Of a stretch of DNA of 64,000 nt, positions 25,600-39,419 are shown piece by piece. Numbering within the stretch: the first letter of the stretch is position 1; every line of letters starts with the position of its first letter. This DNA comes from Okamejei kenojei (Eukaryota). A program made the position numbers and the translations under genes. Location of the stretch: positions 20,522,001-20,586,000 of the forward strand of contig CM069154.1 in NCBI GenBank assembly GCA_035221665.1. Direction: 5' to 3'. Under the pieces are notes generated by a model that worked only from the letters and a program-made list of their open reading frames with translations, was not told the origin of the DNA and ran no database searches.

Positions 25600-28500
25600 T
25601 ATGGAGTTAGTTCAGGAAAATGGGACTGTTAAAAGATCAGATGTGTTCCGAACTTGTGAATTATAATTCCTCTAACAGGGTGACCAAAACTGAACACAGT
25701 ACTCCAAATGCAGCCTCACCAATGCCTGTACAACTGTATCATTCCAATATCCTAACTGATGAAGGCCAATGTACCAAAAGCCCACTATCTACCTGTGAGA
25801 CCAGTTGCAAGTAACTATATTCCTGCGCTCCTTGAAACCTCTGCTCTACAACAATCCCCAGGGCCTTGCCATTCACTGTGAAGGTCATGCCCTGGTTTGA
25901 CTTTCCAAAATGCAACACTTTACACTTATCTGCATTAAACTACATTAACAATTCTTCAGTCCACTTGCCCAACTGATCAAAGTTCCTGCTGTTATTTTTG
26001 ATAACCATCTTCACAATGTACAATACCACCCACTTTAGTGTCATCTGCAAACCTATTAATCATACCTTGAACATTCTCATCCGTTGATATAAAGCTATAA
26101 ACCGCAATGGGCCCAGCACTGATCCTTGAGCCTGTGCCTCACTAGCCACAGGCCTCCAGTTGAAAAACAGTCTTCCACATCACCCTCTGCATCCTTCCAT
26201 CAATCAAAATCTATTTATAGCCAGCTGTCTCTCCCTACCATGTGATCTAATCTTCCAGAACAGCCTACCACGTTGATTTTTTATCAAAGGCCTTGCGGAT
26301 GTCCATGTAGATGATGTCTGTGGCTTTAAGCTTGATAACCTTTTTGGTTAGTTCTTCAAAAAACGTAATCAGATCATAAGCCATGATCTCCCACATACAA
26401 AACAGCGCTGACTATCCCTCATCAGCTGCTGTCTACCTTAATGCATATATATCTTACCCCTTAGCATCCTCTCCATTTATTATTGTGCTAACTACTCTAT
26501 AGTTCCCAGGCTTTTATGATGCAAGCCTTCTTAAATAGAGGCACAACATTAGCCACCCTCATGTCTTCCAGCACCTCACTCATGTCTAATGATGATTCGT
26601 ATACCTCAGCCAAGGCTCCTGCAGTGTCCTTAGCTTCCCAGTGCCTTCACATATCTGATCAGGCTGGGGAGATTTATAATAATAATAATATATTTTATTG
26701 TCATTGCACATAAGTGCAACAAGATTTGGGTATGCAGCTTCCATCCGATGTCATAACTTAAATAACTGATACAATTTAGATTTAGATACGCCGAGAACAT
26801 GGTTTGTAAAAAGAACATTAAAACAGTAGAACAGTCAGAACTGACTAAAGTGCAGATGTGTCTGTGCAACATGACCATCCAAGGGAGACAGTCCATGGGG
26901 GTGGGGGGCACTCAGCAGGGCCGGTTCAGAGCCGCTATAGCTCTGGGAATGAAGCTGTTCCTGAATCTGGAGGTGCGGGTGTAGAAGGCCTTGTAACGTC
27001 TGCCGGAGAAAGTAGTTCGAACAGTCCATTACAAGGGTGTGAGGAGTCTTTACGTATGCTGATGGCCTTCCTGTGTGGTAGATGCCCTCCAAGGATGGTA
27101 GCGGTGTCCCAATAATCTTCTGCGCTTTGTGGACGACGCGCTGAAGCGCTCTCCTCTCCGTCTCCATGCAGCCGAGATCCCACACAGAGATGCCATACGG
27201 TAGTATGTTCTCTGTCGTGCAGCGGTAGAAGGTTGTCAGCAGCTGTTGGGGCGACCAGTCCTTTTCAATGTTCTCAAGAAGAACAGTCGTTGCTGTGCCT
27301 TCTTTGACCAGCGCAGTAGTTTTGGTGGACCATGTGAGGTCCTCTGAGATGTGAGTGCCAAGAAACATAAAGCTGGACACTCTCTCCACACTCTCCCCGT
27401 AGATGGAGGATGGGTCGTACTCCCCATTCTGTGACCTCCTGAAGTTGATAATCAGCTCCTTGGTCTTGGAGGTGTTTAGTGACAAGTTGTTACATGAGCA
27501 CCAGTCTGCCAGGTTCTGCACCTCCGCTCTGTATTTTGTTTCATCACCGTTGGTGATCAGCCCGATCACCGTCGTGTTGCCTGCAAACTTCACGATGGTG
27601 TTGGTGTCGAATGCAGGAACACAGTCGTGTGTGAAGAGGGAGTAGAGCCTGGGGCTCAGTACACAGCCCTGTGGTGTGCCGGTGCTCAGGGTGATAGTGG
27701 AGGACACATGCGGGCCCGGTCTCACTGCCTGCGGTCGCTCCATCAGAAAATTCAGGATCCAGTCGCATATCGGCGAGCTGAGGCCTAGCTGGTGGAGTTT
27801 GGTGGTGAGCTTGGTGGGGTGACCGTGTTGAAGGCAGAGCTATAGTCTATGAAGAGCATCCTCATGTACGTGCCCTGTCTTTCCAGGTGAGTCAGGACAG
27901 TGTGAAGGGCCAGAGAGATGGCATCCTCTGTGGATATATTTGCCCTGTATGCAAATTGATGAGTGTCCAGTGAGGCAGGGATGCTGGATTTGATGTGGGA
28001 GAGGACCAGCCTTTCAAAGCGCTTCATTGGTATTGGAGTTAGGACAACCGGGCGGTAGTCATTCAGGTTGGTGACTTTGGACTTTTTCGGGACCGGCATC
28101 ATATGGCGAAGGTTATCTACCTTCATGAGCATTAGGTTATCCATCACCTACTCGACCGTAATAAGGACTGCCCTTAAGACATTTTCATTTCATGAAGTTC
28201 CCCAGCCTTCATGTCCTCTCCATAGGTAAAAACAATGGGAAAATACTCAGAGGACTTTGCGCATCTCCTGTGTTTCCACACAGACATGTCAGCATTGGTT
28301 TCTGAGGTGCCTTATTCTTTCTCTAGTTACCCATTTACTTAAACAATCATTGGATTTTCCTTAATATTGTCTGCCAGAGCTATCTCTTGCCTGATTTTCT
28401 ATTTAAGTGTGCTCCCGAAACTGCTCTGGAAATACAGTTGCTCCCATCTACTTGTATGGGACCATGCCTCATTTCTCCGGACCAGAGCTTCAATTTCTTT

Positions 28501-29400
28501 TGTCACACTTGGCTTGCCCTTCACTCTAATAGGAACATGCATGCCCTGAACTTTTGTCATCGCAAGCATCCCTCTTTGTGGATGTTCCTTTGCCCACAAA
28601 CAACCTGATCCAATCAACTTGAGCAAGTTCCTGTCTAACACTAAAGTTGGGCTTGTCCCAATTCAGAATTTCAACGTGGGCTTTCCCTGTCTTTATTTAT
28701 AACTATTTGAAAGCTAATGGAACTGTGGCTATTGGTCCCAAAAGGCTCTACCACTGACACTTCAATTACTTGCCCTTCCCAATTTCCTACAGGTAGATCA
28801 AGCTTTGCCCTCACCCCTGTAGGGCCCTCTATATGTTGCTTAAGAAAACGTTCCTGAACACATTGGACAAACTCCACCCTGCACTATGACAGTCCTAGTG
28901 CATATCTGGAAAGTTAAAATCTCCCATTATGACAACCCTATTAGTCTTACAGCTGCTTGCAATGTCCTGGAATATTTTTTCCTCTGATTCCCATTGCCTA
29001 TTTTCGGGCCTGTGGTACACAGCTAACAAGATGATCATCCTTTTTCCCCCCATCAATTTGATCCATATAGCGTCACTGGACAAACCTTTTGTTATGTCAT
29101 ATTGGGCTCTTTAATCAATACACCCTTTCCTCGTGGTCACCCGTTTACTTTCTTCCTGTACCTTGGCAGTGATCACATCGCTATAACTCTTGTTTATGAT
29201 GCTCACATTCACTCGATGATCTTGAGGTTGTCCAGCCTCAGTTCCAGCTCCCTAGCATGGTCTGGAAGGAGCTGCACCTGGACACATTTCCCATAGGTAT
29301 AGTCATCAGAGATACCAGCAGTTTCCCTGACTTCTAACTTTTTGCAGGAAGAACATTTCACCATTCTACCTGCCATCTCTACTCCACTAAAACTAAAAGG
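25600..29400 (-). mobile_element. Old CR1 LINE (ORF1 zinc-finger remnant ~29200-29360, endonuclease GDFNFP, RT), split by a Rex1 insertion
   Basis: VIMGDFNFPD, FVQCVQERFLKQHIEGPT, FADDTK remnants on both sides of 26676-28100. Confidence 0.7.
26676..28100 (-). mobile_element. 5'-truncated Rex1/Babar LINE
   Basis: [48 protein letters not shown]; (TAT)n tail. Confidence 0.9.
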
Positions 29401-29563
29401 GAAAAAAACACAACAATCACATAAGGAAACAGAAACTACCTTTACCTTCTATCAGCCTCAACGAAGTCTCCTGGCCCAAAGCCCTTCACTTACCCTGAAC
29501 ACAGCACCTCAACACACCTTCACCTCAACACACCTTCACCTCAACAGTACTTTACCTCAGTAC

Positions 29564-29870
29564 AGTGGTGTAGCGGTAGAGTTGCTATTTTACAGCCCTT
29601 GTGGCACTGGAGATCCGGGTTCGATCCCGACTGCGGGTGCTGTCTGTATGGAGTTTGTACGTTCTCCCCGTAATCGCGTGGGTTTTCACCAAGATCCGTT
29701 TCCTCCCACACTCCAAAGACGTACATGTCTGTCAGTTAATTGGTTTGGTGTGAATGTTAATTATCCTTAGTGTGTGTAGAAAGTGTTAATGTGCAGGGAT
29801 CGCTGGTCGGTGCGGACTCGGTGGGCCATAGGGCCTATTTTCGCACTGTATCTCTAAAATTCTAAAAACT
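29564..29870 (+). mobile_element. tRNA-derived HE1-type SINE (other copies and fragments near 6670-6960, 7700-7800, 25160-25280, 34520-34820, 35465-35705, 36280-36515)
   Basis: A box ggtgtagcggtagag, B box ggttcgatccc, core tgtatggagtttgtacgttctcccc, CR1-like 3' tail. Confidence 0.85.
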
Positions 29871-29924
29871 AAAACAACTTCACTCTCGATGGGCCATTCT
29901 GCTGCATTTTATCTTCCTTTTATT

Positions 29925-30750
29925 GGCTGCTGTTGTGGGATGTATCACTGATGGGGACGAGTCAGAGCACAGAAGTGAGATCGACAGACTGACCAAATGG
30001 TGCCAGCACAATGACCTGGCCCTCAACATCAGCAAAACCAAGGAACTGATTGTGGACTTTGGAAAGGGGAGGATGGGGACCCACAGTATATCAACGGGTC
30101 AATAGTGGAAAGGGTCAAGAGCTTCAAATTCCTGGGCGTGCACATCTCTGAAGATCTTTGCTGGTCCAAGAACACTGATGCAATCATAAACAAAGCATAT
30201 CAGCGCCTCTACTTCCTGAGAAGATTATGGAGAGTCGGTCTGTCAAGGAGGACACTCTCTAACTTCTACAGGTGCACAGTGGAGAGCATGCTGACTGGTA
30301 GCATCGTGGCTTGGTTCGGAAACGAGCGCCCTGGAGCGGAAAAGTCTACAAAAAGTGGTAAACACTGCTCAGTCCATCATCGGCTCTGACCTCCCGTACA
30401 TCAAGGGGATCTATCACAGTCGCTGCCTCAAAAAGGCTGACAGCATCATCAAGGAGCCACACCATCCGTGCCATACACTCATCTTCCCACTACCTTCAGG
30501 TAGAAGGTACAGGAGCCTGAAGACTGCAACGACCAGGTTCAGGAACAGCCTCTTCCCCACAACCATCAGGCTAATAAACTCGACTCAGACAAAACTCTGA
30601 ACATTAATAGCCAATAATCTGTTTATTTGCACTTTATCAGTTTCATTATTCATGTGTGTATATATTTATGCAATGGTATATGGACACACTGATCAAGAAT
30701 GTCATTGTCCTATCAGGGACACACGACAATAAAACTCTCTTGAACTTGAA
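29925..30750 (+). mobile_element. Rex1/Babar LINE 3' fragment
   Basis: [48 protein letters not shown]; (cttgaa)n tail. Confidence 0.85.
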
Positions 30751-32231
30751 CTCTTTCTCAATATGCCAATTTATTGGCCACTCCAATACTTTTCCATCCA
30801 ATGGCTATCTTTTGAAGCGATTAAAGGTGTATGTGAACGTCCATTTCACCTGTACGGACTACGGGCTCCTTGATGGATGAGAGGGAGGAGGTGCAGGGAC
30901 AAGTGTTTAATCTCCTGCATTTGTAAAGTCCCCAGAGAGGAGGTAACGAGGCCATTGCGAAGACAATAAACAGACATTTATTAATAAAAAGACGTTTTTT
31001 GGAAAATATATTATTCTACTGAAAAATTCCCAATGCATTCCATTAAACCAACTGCAAACTATGAACGTTTTAAAAAAAAATACATGCAATGAATCTAAAG
31101 CAAAAATGGAGCAAAACAATCAGCAGGTCACACAGCAAATGGAAACAGTTAACGGTTCAGGCCGTAGGTTTACATCTGAACTGTGAAAAATAACAAAATG
31201 GTTGTTTTAATTTGCAAAGGAAGTGGGAGAGTGATGGTTTGAACAGTGGATCTCTGATAGGATGAAGCCATGGTTACCATGTAATTAGGAAGTTAGAAAA
31301 TGGCAAAGAAAAGTAAGTAGCAGGCCAGTGTGTGCTAATGGAGAGGCGACCAAAACCTGAGCCAATGTCACAGACAAATGATTTCCAGCAAAGACCCATC
31401 ACTTCTGCTAACTCTGCCTGCATCAGAAGATCACAAATTCATTATTGGGTCAGAAGGCTGTATCATTGCCACACCACCTGTCCTTGGTTGAAAAGTTCTT
31501 AAAGCCTCAAACATTTGACCACAACGTAGAAACAAAGAACTACAGATGTGGGTGTATATCAAAGATAGATACAAAGTGCTGAGTATCTCAGAGGGACCTG
31601 AACCGTCACCCATCCTTTTTCTCCAGAGATGCTGCCTGACCCGCTGAATTACTCCAGCACTTTGTGTCTATGTACCTTTGACCATAAGTCCATTGGGTAG
31701 TGGTCAGCATGGACCCTGGTAATCTCAGTGGCTGTTCCACTGGGTCTTCCCCATTCCCCTCAAACCATGTGACCCCAGATCTTCCCCACCTACACTACAG
31801 TCCTCATACCCCCCTAACAGTTTTAAGAATAGGTAATAAGCCATTTAGAACGGAGACGAGGAAACACTTTTTCTCACAGAGTGTGGTGAGTCTGTGGAAT
31901 TCTCTGCCTCAGAGGGCGGTGGAGGTAGGTTCTCTGGATGCCTTCAAGAGAGAGCTAGATAGGGCTCATAAAAATAGCGGAGTCAGGGGATATGGGGAGA
32001 AGGCAGGAACGGGGTACTGATTGGGGATGATCAGCCATGATCACATTGAATGGCGGTGCTGGCTCGAAGGGCCAAATGGCCTACTCCTGCACCTTTTGTC
32101 TATTGCCTTGGCCTCAGTCCACCCACTTGCCTTCCTCCGGCCCCAACCTCCATCCCTGTCATGTGTTCACCATCCCCCCTGACCTCCCCCTCTCAGATAC
32201 CAAACGGTCTGTCCCCAGCAGAGGCCTCACC

Positions 32232-33327
32232 GAGGGCTGACCTTAGGAGGTGCGGGGCCAAATTGGGAACAATTTTGGTGAGCCCCAGGTTCCCAGCCAA
32301 GGTCTATAAATTCATAGAAATATAATTAAAGTCTATTATAGACTTTATATCTCTATGGTAGAATGGAAAGTAATCAAAATGTGCGCTTAAAAAGTGCATG
32401 CAACTTAATGGACCAAACAGATCTAAGCTACACTTTAATATAAAATTGCATACATGTAAGCCTACAAGTAACAAACAAAATGTGTAGATCGCCTCTGAAA
32501 AGTACATAGTTACAATATCACTTGTTTTAGTGACTGAAATGAAAAAAAAAAGTAATTTAATTAAATAGATCCTGGAAAACCAATAACAATTGGTGAAAAA
32601 CCAGTCCAGGCATTACATTTTGGGCTTCAGCCCCATCCTACCCTTTGGGCCTCTACCCCATCCTCACTGTGTGTTAGCTGTCTGTGCGTGATGTGTGTGG
32701 GAGGGAAAGAGAGAAGGGAGGGAGGGACAGAAGGGAGGGACAGAAGGGACGGAGGCAGAGAAGAAGGGAAGGAGGACAGAAGGGGGGGAGGGAGGGAAGT
32801 AGAGAAAGGAGGGAGGGGAGGAGAGAAAGAAGGGATGGAGCAAATGAGAGAAGGGAAAAGGGAGAGGAAGGAGAGAAGGGAAGGAGAGAAGGGGGGAGAG
32901 GGCCGGCGGCAGGAGCTGATGTCGGGGTCCGGGCGGATGGGTGTGAGCTGAGGCCGATGTTTGTATACGTTGCTGCAACCCCCGGCCCGGCCCTCCATAT
33001 ACTGTTCACTGCGTCTCCCCAGGGAGAGAGAGGGGTGGAGACGGGGCTGTGTGCATGAAGCACGGCGACTGGAGGGGCGGGAGTGCTGCCCCGGGACCGT
33101 GAGGGAACGACCCATCTCCCCCTCTCCCACTTCTCTATTCCCCCTCACACCCCCCTCCCTGTCTACCCCTTTCTTCCCCCTCCATCCCTCTACTCTCTCT
33201 CCGCCCCTCTCCCCCCCCTCCACCCGGGTTCTACCCGAGCCGAGAGTAGATTACTCTGGCGCAGGGCCCTCTTACTCACGGGGCCCAATTGGGAACAATC
33301 GGTCAAATCGGCTTAAGGCCGGCCCTG
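32232..33327. mobile_element. Non-autonomous hAT-type DNA transposon inserted in a Penelope fragment (~32110-33510)
   Basis: Termini gagggctgacctta / taaggccggccctg; 8-bp TSD gcctcacc (32224-32231) / gcctcaca (33328-33335); internal purine-rich tract. Confidence 0.8.
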
Positions 33328-34434
33328 GCCTCACATTTGTCCCCCTCCGTCCCCACCTTAATGAGTTCTGCGCCTGCCGCGATTTGGAGCTCTTCTTCCA
33401 TCACCTCCACCTCATACCGTTCATCCATGGGAAGGAGTCCTCGCCCCCATTGATGATCCCCTTTCCCGTCTCCAACGGACCCCCTCCTCTTGGACCCCTC
33501 CTCATGGCCATTGGTACAATGAAATTTGGGGGTCACCATCCGACGTCGGAATGGGAGAACATTCACAGTAGCTTGGACCTCCGAATCGGCCACTTCCTAC
33601 CGGAGACCGCGGTTCCCGAAGTCTGAGCTGGGCGGAGATTCACGCTGGCGGCCCTCGGCAAAAGGATCCCATGGCTCCGCGATGATGAAATCAGCGCGGC
33701 TCCGTAAACCACAGCTCCATGATGTTGAAGCAGCAGGCCCAACACTCCAGAGCCTCAAACGGCGATCCAGGTAAAGCATCGCCTGCTCCGCAGTGAATCC
33801 AATTTGTATTTTAGAACCAACAGTTTAATGACAACATACAGTAGGATCTAAAAGTGTTACACTGTCACTGTCGGGTAGTCATTGTCCTCTAGTCGTGGGG
33901 GTGGGGGATTGGGAGGGGAGGGGGCCTCACAAGTGAAATAGCTTAGGGCCTCTCTTCATCTAAATCTGGCCCTGGCTACAGACAGTCTGAAGAAGGGTCT
34001 CGATGCAAAATATCATATATCCACATTCTCCAGAGATGCTGCCTGACCTGCTGAGTTACTCCAGCACTTTGTGGCCTTTTGTGTACTAACCACCATCTGA
34101 AATTCTTATTTGCACAGAGAGGAGATTGTTGCCCACCTCTTCACTGAGTGTGCATTTGCGAAGAGAGTTTGGAGAATGATGCAAGGGTCCATCCCGAGCA
34201 GCTCCATAACTGAGCACTATCTGAAATATGGGCTGTTTTGGCTCCATGCCACATTTGGAGATGCACAACAAATACTGCTGGGCGATCATCAACTCTGAAA
34301 GTCGCTGTTTGGTCTGCCTGAAACCTGACCTCCCAGTGGGGACGCCCCTTAAACATGGGGCTTAAAACTGCTCAGGATTCGTCTGCTCCTCTGATTCCCA
34401 ATCTTCTGCTGGGACACCTGTGGTTGACCCTCCA

Positions 34435-34935
34435 GAAATGTTTCTACCCATATGGCCTCATTTGAAGAGCCTTCCTGGACTTCCTTCCTCCTTTCTGAAG
34501 CAATGGACTCTTTTCGGCTTTACTTGAGAGATACAGCACAGAAACAGTCCTGTCGGCCCAATGGGTCCGCGCTGACCAGCAATCGCCCCGTACATTAACA
34601 CTACCCTACATACGAGGGACAATCTTACAATTTTACTGAAGCCAATTCATCAACAAACCTATACCTCTTTGAAGTGTGGAGGAAACCGGAGCACCCAGAG
34701 AAAACCCACGCAGTCACAGGGAAAAGGTTCAAACTCCGTACAAACAGCATCCATAATCAGGATCGAACCCGGGTCTCTGGCGATGTAAGGCAGCCACTCT
34801 ACTGTGGTGTCACTGTGCTGCCATGCATCAATACTGCACTGTCACTTCCCTTTTAAAATCCTCCTTCCCCATCATGCATGGTGTTTAGACATTTCTACGA
34901 AAAGGAAAGCTGTCCCCAGAGAAGGGGAAGTGAAA
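34435..34935 (-). pseudogene. Relic of intron 1 of a fourth cluster paralogue; leader exon replaced by a CR1 3' fragment
   Basis: acccatatggcctcatttgaagagccttc and caatactgcactgtc...ttttaaaatcctccttccccatca...ggggaagtgaaa align to 17061-17233; SINE inserted in the middle. Confidence 0.65.
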
Positions 34936-36548
34936 TGTTCCCCATGTTTGCGGAGTCCAGAACCAAGGGTCACAGTTTAAGAATAAGTCATAGGCCATTT
35001 AGGACTGAGATGAGGAAAAGCTTTTTCAGCCAGAGAGTTGTGAATCTGTGGAATTCTCTGTCACAGAAGGCAATGGAGGCCAATTATAACAATTACAGCA
35101 CGGAAACAGGCCCTCTCGGCCCTTCCAGTCCGTGCCGACCATTTGTTTTCACCTAGTCCCATCTACCTGCACTCAGACCATACCCCTCCATTCCCTTCAC
35201 GTCCATATACCTATCCACTTTACTCTTAAATGTTAAAATCGATCCTGCCTCCACCACTTCTGCTGGAAGCTGATTCCACACAGCCACCACCCTCAATTCA
35301 CTTGACATATTCAAGAGAGAGTTAGATATAGCTCTTAGTGCTAATGGAATCAAGGGATATGGGGAGAAAGCAGGAACAGGTTACTGATTCTGAATGATCA
35401 GCCATGATCATATTGATTAGCGGTGGTGGCTCTTAAGGCCGAATGGCCGTCTCCTGCACCTACGGGTGCTTATCTGTCCGGAGTTTGTACGTTCTCCCTG
35501 TGATCTGCATGGGCTTTCTCCAAGAACCTCAGATTCCACCCTCACTCCAAACTCATAACAGATTTATAGGTTAATTGGCTTGGTATAAATGAAAAAATTG
35601 TCCCTAGTGTAGGATAGTGTTAATGTGCGGGGATCGCTGGTCAGTGTAGACTCGATGGGCCGAAGTGTCTGTTTCCGTGCTGTGTCTCCAAGCTAAACTA
35701 AACTATTTCCTATGTTTCTATAATAGCACACTCAGGATACACATACATCATTCCCTAGGAATAAGTGTGAGGAAGGGCACCATCCTACCCTGACAGATAT
35801 CCTCTCTCATCAGACAGTCGGCAAATGTAAGGACTTAATAAAATAGGGATGTTTGAATGGAGTGACACAGCTTTACTCTGTCTCAAAGCAGTTCCTACCC
35901 AGCTGTTAGGGGGGCCTCACCTGATCGCATTCCCATTGCTCTGCTTTACTCGTCACGTTGATGCACACGGTACGGACCCTTCATTGGCGAAAGGTCAGCT
36001 AATGTCTTTCAGATGGTCAGCCAAGCTCAATGTACTTTTTGTCATGCTATATTTTTAATCATTTGCATTTTAGCTAAATTAACTTTTTAAATTAATCATT
36101 ACACTTCAAATGTTGAACTGTCGTGGCTCAGCAATCGAGAGTGGAGGTTGTTCCTCAGGTTCAACCTTCTGAGGCCTAGTTGGCATTTATGCAGGCCTAC
36201 TTATAGGTTGGTTACAGCTACAATGTTTCAAAGAGGAAAGCAAGTTAGGCACAGCCATGGTGTTCCTGCACAGGAATACACTATGGTAGAATTGCTGCCT
36301 TCAGCGCCAGAAACCCGGATTCTGGCTACCAGTGCCTTCCGTATGCTGTTTGTATGCTCTTCCTTTCACTCCGAGTGCCTCCAAAGCAGTACAGATTTGT
36401 AGGTTTCTGTAAATTGTCCCTATTGTGTAGGATAGTGCTCATGTATGGGGTGATCGCTGATTGGCACGGGCTTGATGGGCCGACGGGCCTGTTTCCACAC
36501 TTAAAGTCCAAAGTTACTCTAGTCACTGGGTTGTTCTTGGTACATGAC

Positions 36549-37278
36549 CACCAGGGGCGCCGGGGGAGATGGCAGCCCGTTCGTTTTTTCATCTTTTGTT
36601 ATTTTTAGCATTTGTTAAAAGTTTGTTTTAATGTCGCCCGGTTTGTTTTATGTGGGGGGGGACTGGGGGAAACTTTTTTTTTAGTTCCTACCTTCCCGGA
36701 GATGTGATTAATTTTCTGATCACATTCTCCGGGCTCTGCGGCCTTCCATCGATGGAGCTGGAAGTCGCCTCGGACTGTCGTGAGCCCCACCGCGGGGCGC
36801 GGACTTAACATCGGAGCGGATCCCTTGCCTGGGATCGCTCCCACCGCGGCCTGCGGACTTACCATCAAGTGCTCGCAGTCTCGGGAGAGGCTAGTCGGGA
36901 GCTCCAACACTGCAGAAGGTTCACCAGCCCCGATGCAAGGTTCGATCGCCCGGCGCGGGGGAGCTGACATTCCCCCCGATGCGGGAGCTTGATCGCCTCG
37001 ACGTGGAGGGCCCGAACGCCGCCGGCTACGGGTGTCAAGATCAACCTGTCAACAGAGGGCTCAAGGCCCACGACCGAGGAAGAACAACAAGGAAGGAATT
37101 GAACTTTATTTCGCCTTCCATCACAGTGAGGAATGTGCAGGAGTCACTGTGGTGGATGTTCATGTTAAAATGTGTTTTTGAGTCTGTTGCTTTTAATTGT
37201 ATGACTGACCTGGCCAGTGAAATTCCTTGTATTTTGCAAAACATACTTGGTGAATAAAATCTGATTCTGAATCTGAAT
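36549..37278 (+). mobile_element. ~730-bp non-autonomous repeat (copy 2)
   Basis: Inverted near-copy of 6965-7695. Confidence 0.8.
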
Positions 37279-38419
37279 TGAGATGACTGATTTTATTCAT
37301 CAACTTTATAGTAATGAGCATTAGTGCAGATTATATTCCAAAAGATTTATCAAATAGAAAGCTACTTGCCACGTAATGGTGTTGTAATGCAGATGGGACT
37401 GTAAACTGTCTAGTAGTTTGTAGAGAGATATGCAGAGTGCTGAGGAATTCACTGCTGCTTTTACAAACCCCAGAGAGGAACTCCTTCAGTTCCCTAGATG
37501 TTCCAAGAAACTGTTTCATGCCTTCAGCAAGTTAAAATGGAACTAGAAATCTCTAAACAAAAATTAAAATGTTAGAAATATAAAATAAAACCAGAAAAAG
37601 CTGAAAATAGTTGTAATGTCAGGCGCATCTGTGGGAAAAGAAACAATGTGTTAGGTCAAAGACTGCGACTGAAGGCGAGTTTTCAACCTAAAATATTAAC
37701 TGTTTCTCTTCCCACAGATGCGGCCTGACCTTCTAACTATTTTCAGCATTTTTGGTTTTTACTGAACATTTAAGGCCCTCTTTAATCCTGCTTGATGTGT
37801 GTTTATAATGTCTCTCAAGCTCTGCTGTTCCAGCAAGGGAGCAAATAAAATAATATTTACGAGTTTTGTTCACAAAGAGAGAAAATAAAGCCATATTTGT
37901 GAATATAACATGCTTGTTTTTTATCCTGAAAAGCCGAGGAAAAAGTCGATGAGCTGCCATTTTGAGAGCAGAGAAAGCATTTTTTGAAAAGTCAGCAGAA
38001 GAGTGGAGGAAGCTGAGTTTTCATTGAAAAGAGTCTTTGTTTTAAATGAAGGCAGGACTTTTGAAAAGCAGGCGCTGAATGGCGGAGAAAGAGACAGCAG
38101 ACAATAAAAGGCAGGGCAGGTTTAGCAGAGTGATCATTTTGGCAAAGAGAAAGACTATTGACGTGTTGTTTAAGAAGGAACTGCAGATGCTGGAAAATCG
38201 GAGGTAGACAAAAATGCTGGAGAAACTCAGCGGTTGAGGCAGCATCTATGGAGTGAAGGAAATAGGCGATGTTTCGGGTCAAGACCCTTCTTCAGACTAT
38301 TGATGTGGTGCTGTTTTGATGGAAAGTGCAGCATAGAGACTGGTGAAAGATCTGAGAGATGGATAAGAACAGGTGAAGGTACAGCCTTTTTTTCTGGGTA
38401 ATTCTTCCCAAGTATTTTT

Positions 38420-38620
38420 GAATTGGCAGATGGGATAGTGGAATGCTTCTCCTGGAGGATGCTGGAAGTCAAGAGGCTTTACAGTGTCCCTGAGGACGAC
38501 ACCTGCAGTGAGTGCGTTCAGCTACAACTCCTTACGGGCTGCATTAAGGAACTGGAGCTGTAGCTTGATGTCCTCAGAATTATCCCGGGATGTGAGAGTG
38601 TCATAGATAAGAGTACAGGC
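38420..38620 (+). mobile_element. CR1 ORF1 zinc-finger remnant
   Basis: CFSWRMLEV...PEDDTCSECVQLQLL...IKELEL*LDVL. Confidence 0.55.
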
Positions 38621-38779
38621 CTAGAATGCTTTCTGTCCTAAGGACAAACCCTCTATCCCAGGAGTCAGTGTGGCACAAGGAGAGGCTATGACTCCTGGAC
38701 CACAAGCTTTTTTTGAGGAGCTGGCAGCTGAACCAACTGCACATGGCCAATCTATGCGTGTAACAGATACTTGCCCTAC

Positions 38780-39400
38780 AGTATATAGGCTGTTGAAACA
38801 TAGCTGGTATGGCCTGTTTGAGGATCTCAAGCATCTATGGAGCACTGCATATCAAGGAGCTGAGGAGATGGGCGATGACCGAGACGTCTACTCGCCTTGC
38901 TGCAATCCCATTTTTCACCCTTTCATGAACAGTCCCACTTCTTCTCTCACCCTGGCCATCGGAGTAGCCTTCTCAGCCAGCTAACAGTCCCAGAACCGTG
39001 GCGACACTCACACTTGATTAACTCTGTCCGACAGGCCATGTTGTTTACAGACCCAACACCAGACTCCTGAAACTGACACGGTTCCATGTTCTAACACAGG
39101 CTTGGATTACAAGGTGGACAGATGCATGTGCTCAAAGGTTCTTTGAAGAAATGCAGCTTCCCACTGACTCCAGGGAATCCTTGGCCCATGACCATTCAAA
39201 ATTCAGGATGGCATTGAGAACTTCCAACTCGTGCATTGGAAACATGTGGCGATCCAGTGTAAACAGTGGAAGAAATGCACTTTCTCACAAAGTTCCCACC
39301 CACCCATCCCATCAGACGCCACTTATGCAATTTGCGGGTCCCACACTGACCTCATCAGTCAACCCAAAACCCAGAGAACCAGAGTGGAACCACCATCCTA
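38780..39400 (+). mobile_element. Degraded RTE-like LINE 3' remnant
   Basis: Weak GHV....TRL.K and LK.SLKKC..P.DS.ESLAHD pattern. Confidence 0.4.
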
Positions 39401-39419
39401 AATCCTGCACGATTGTTTC

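Noticed and set aside
29564-29640. tRNA gene
   Set aside because: The A/B boxes belong to a SINE head followed by SINE core and LINE tail; no full cloverleaf
32627-33626. Long ORFs (198 aa, 221 aa and others)
   Set aside because: Products of a low-complexity purine/pyrimidine tract and GC-rich transposon sequence
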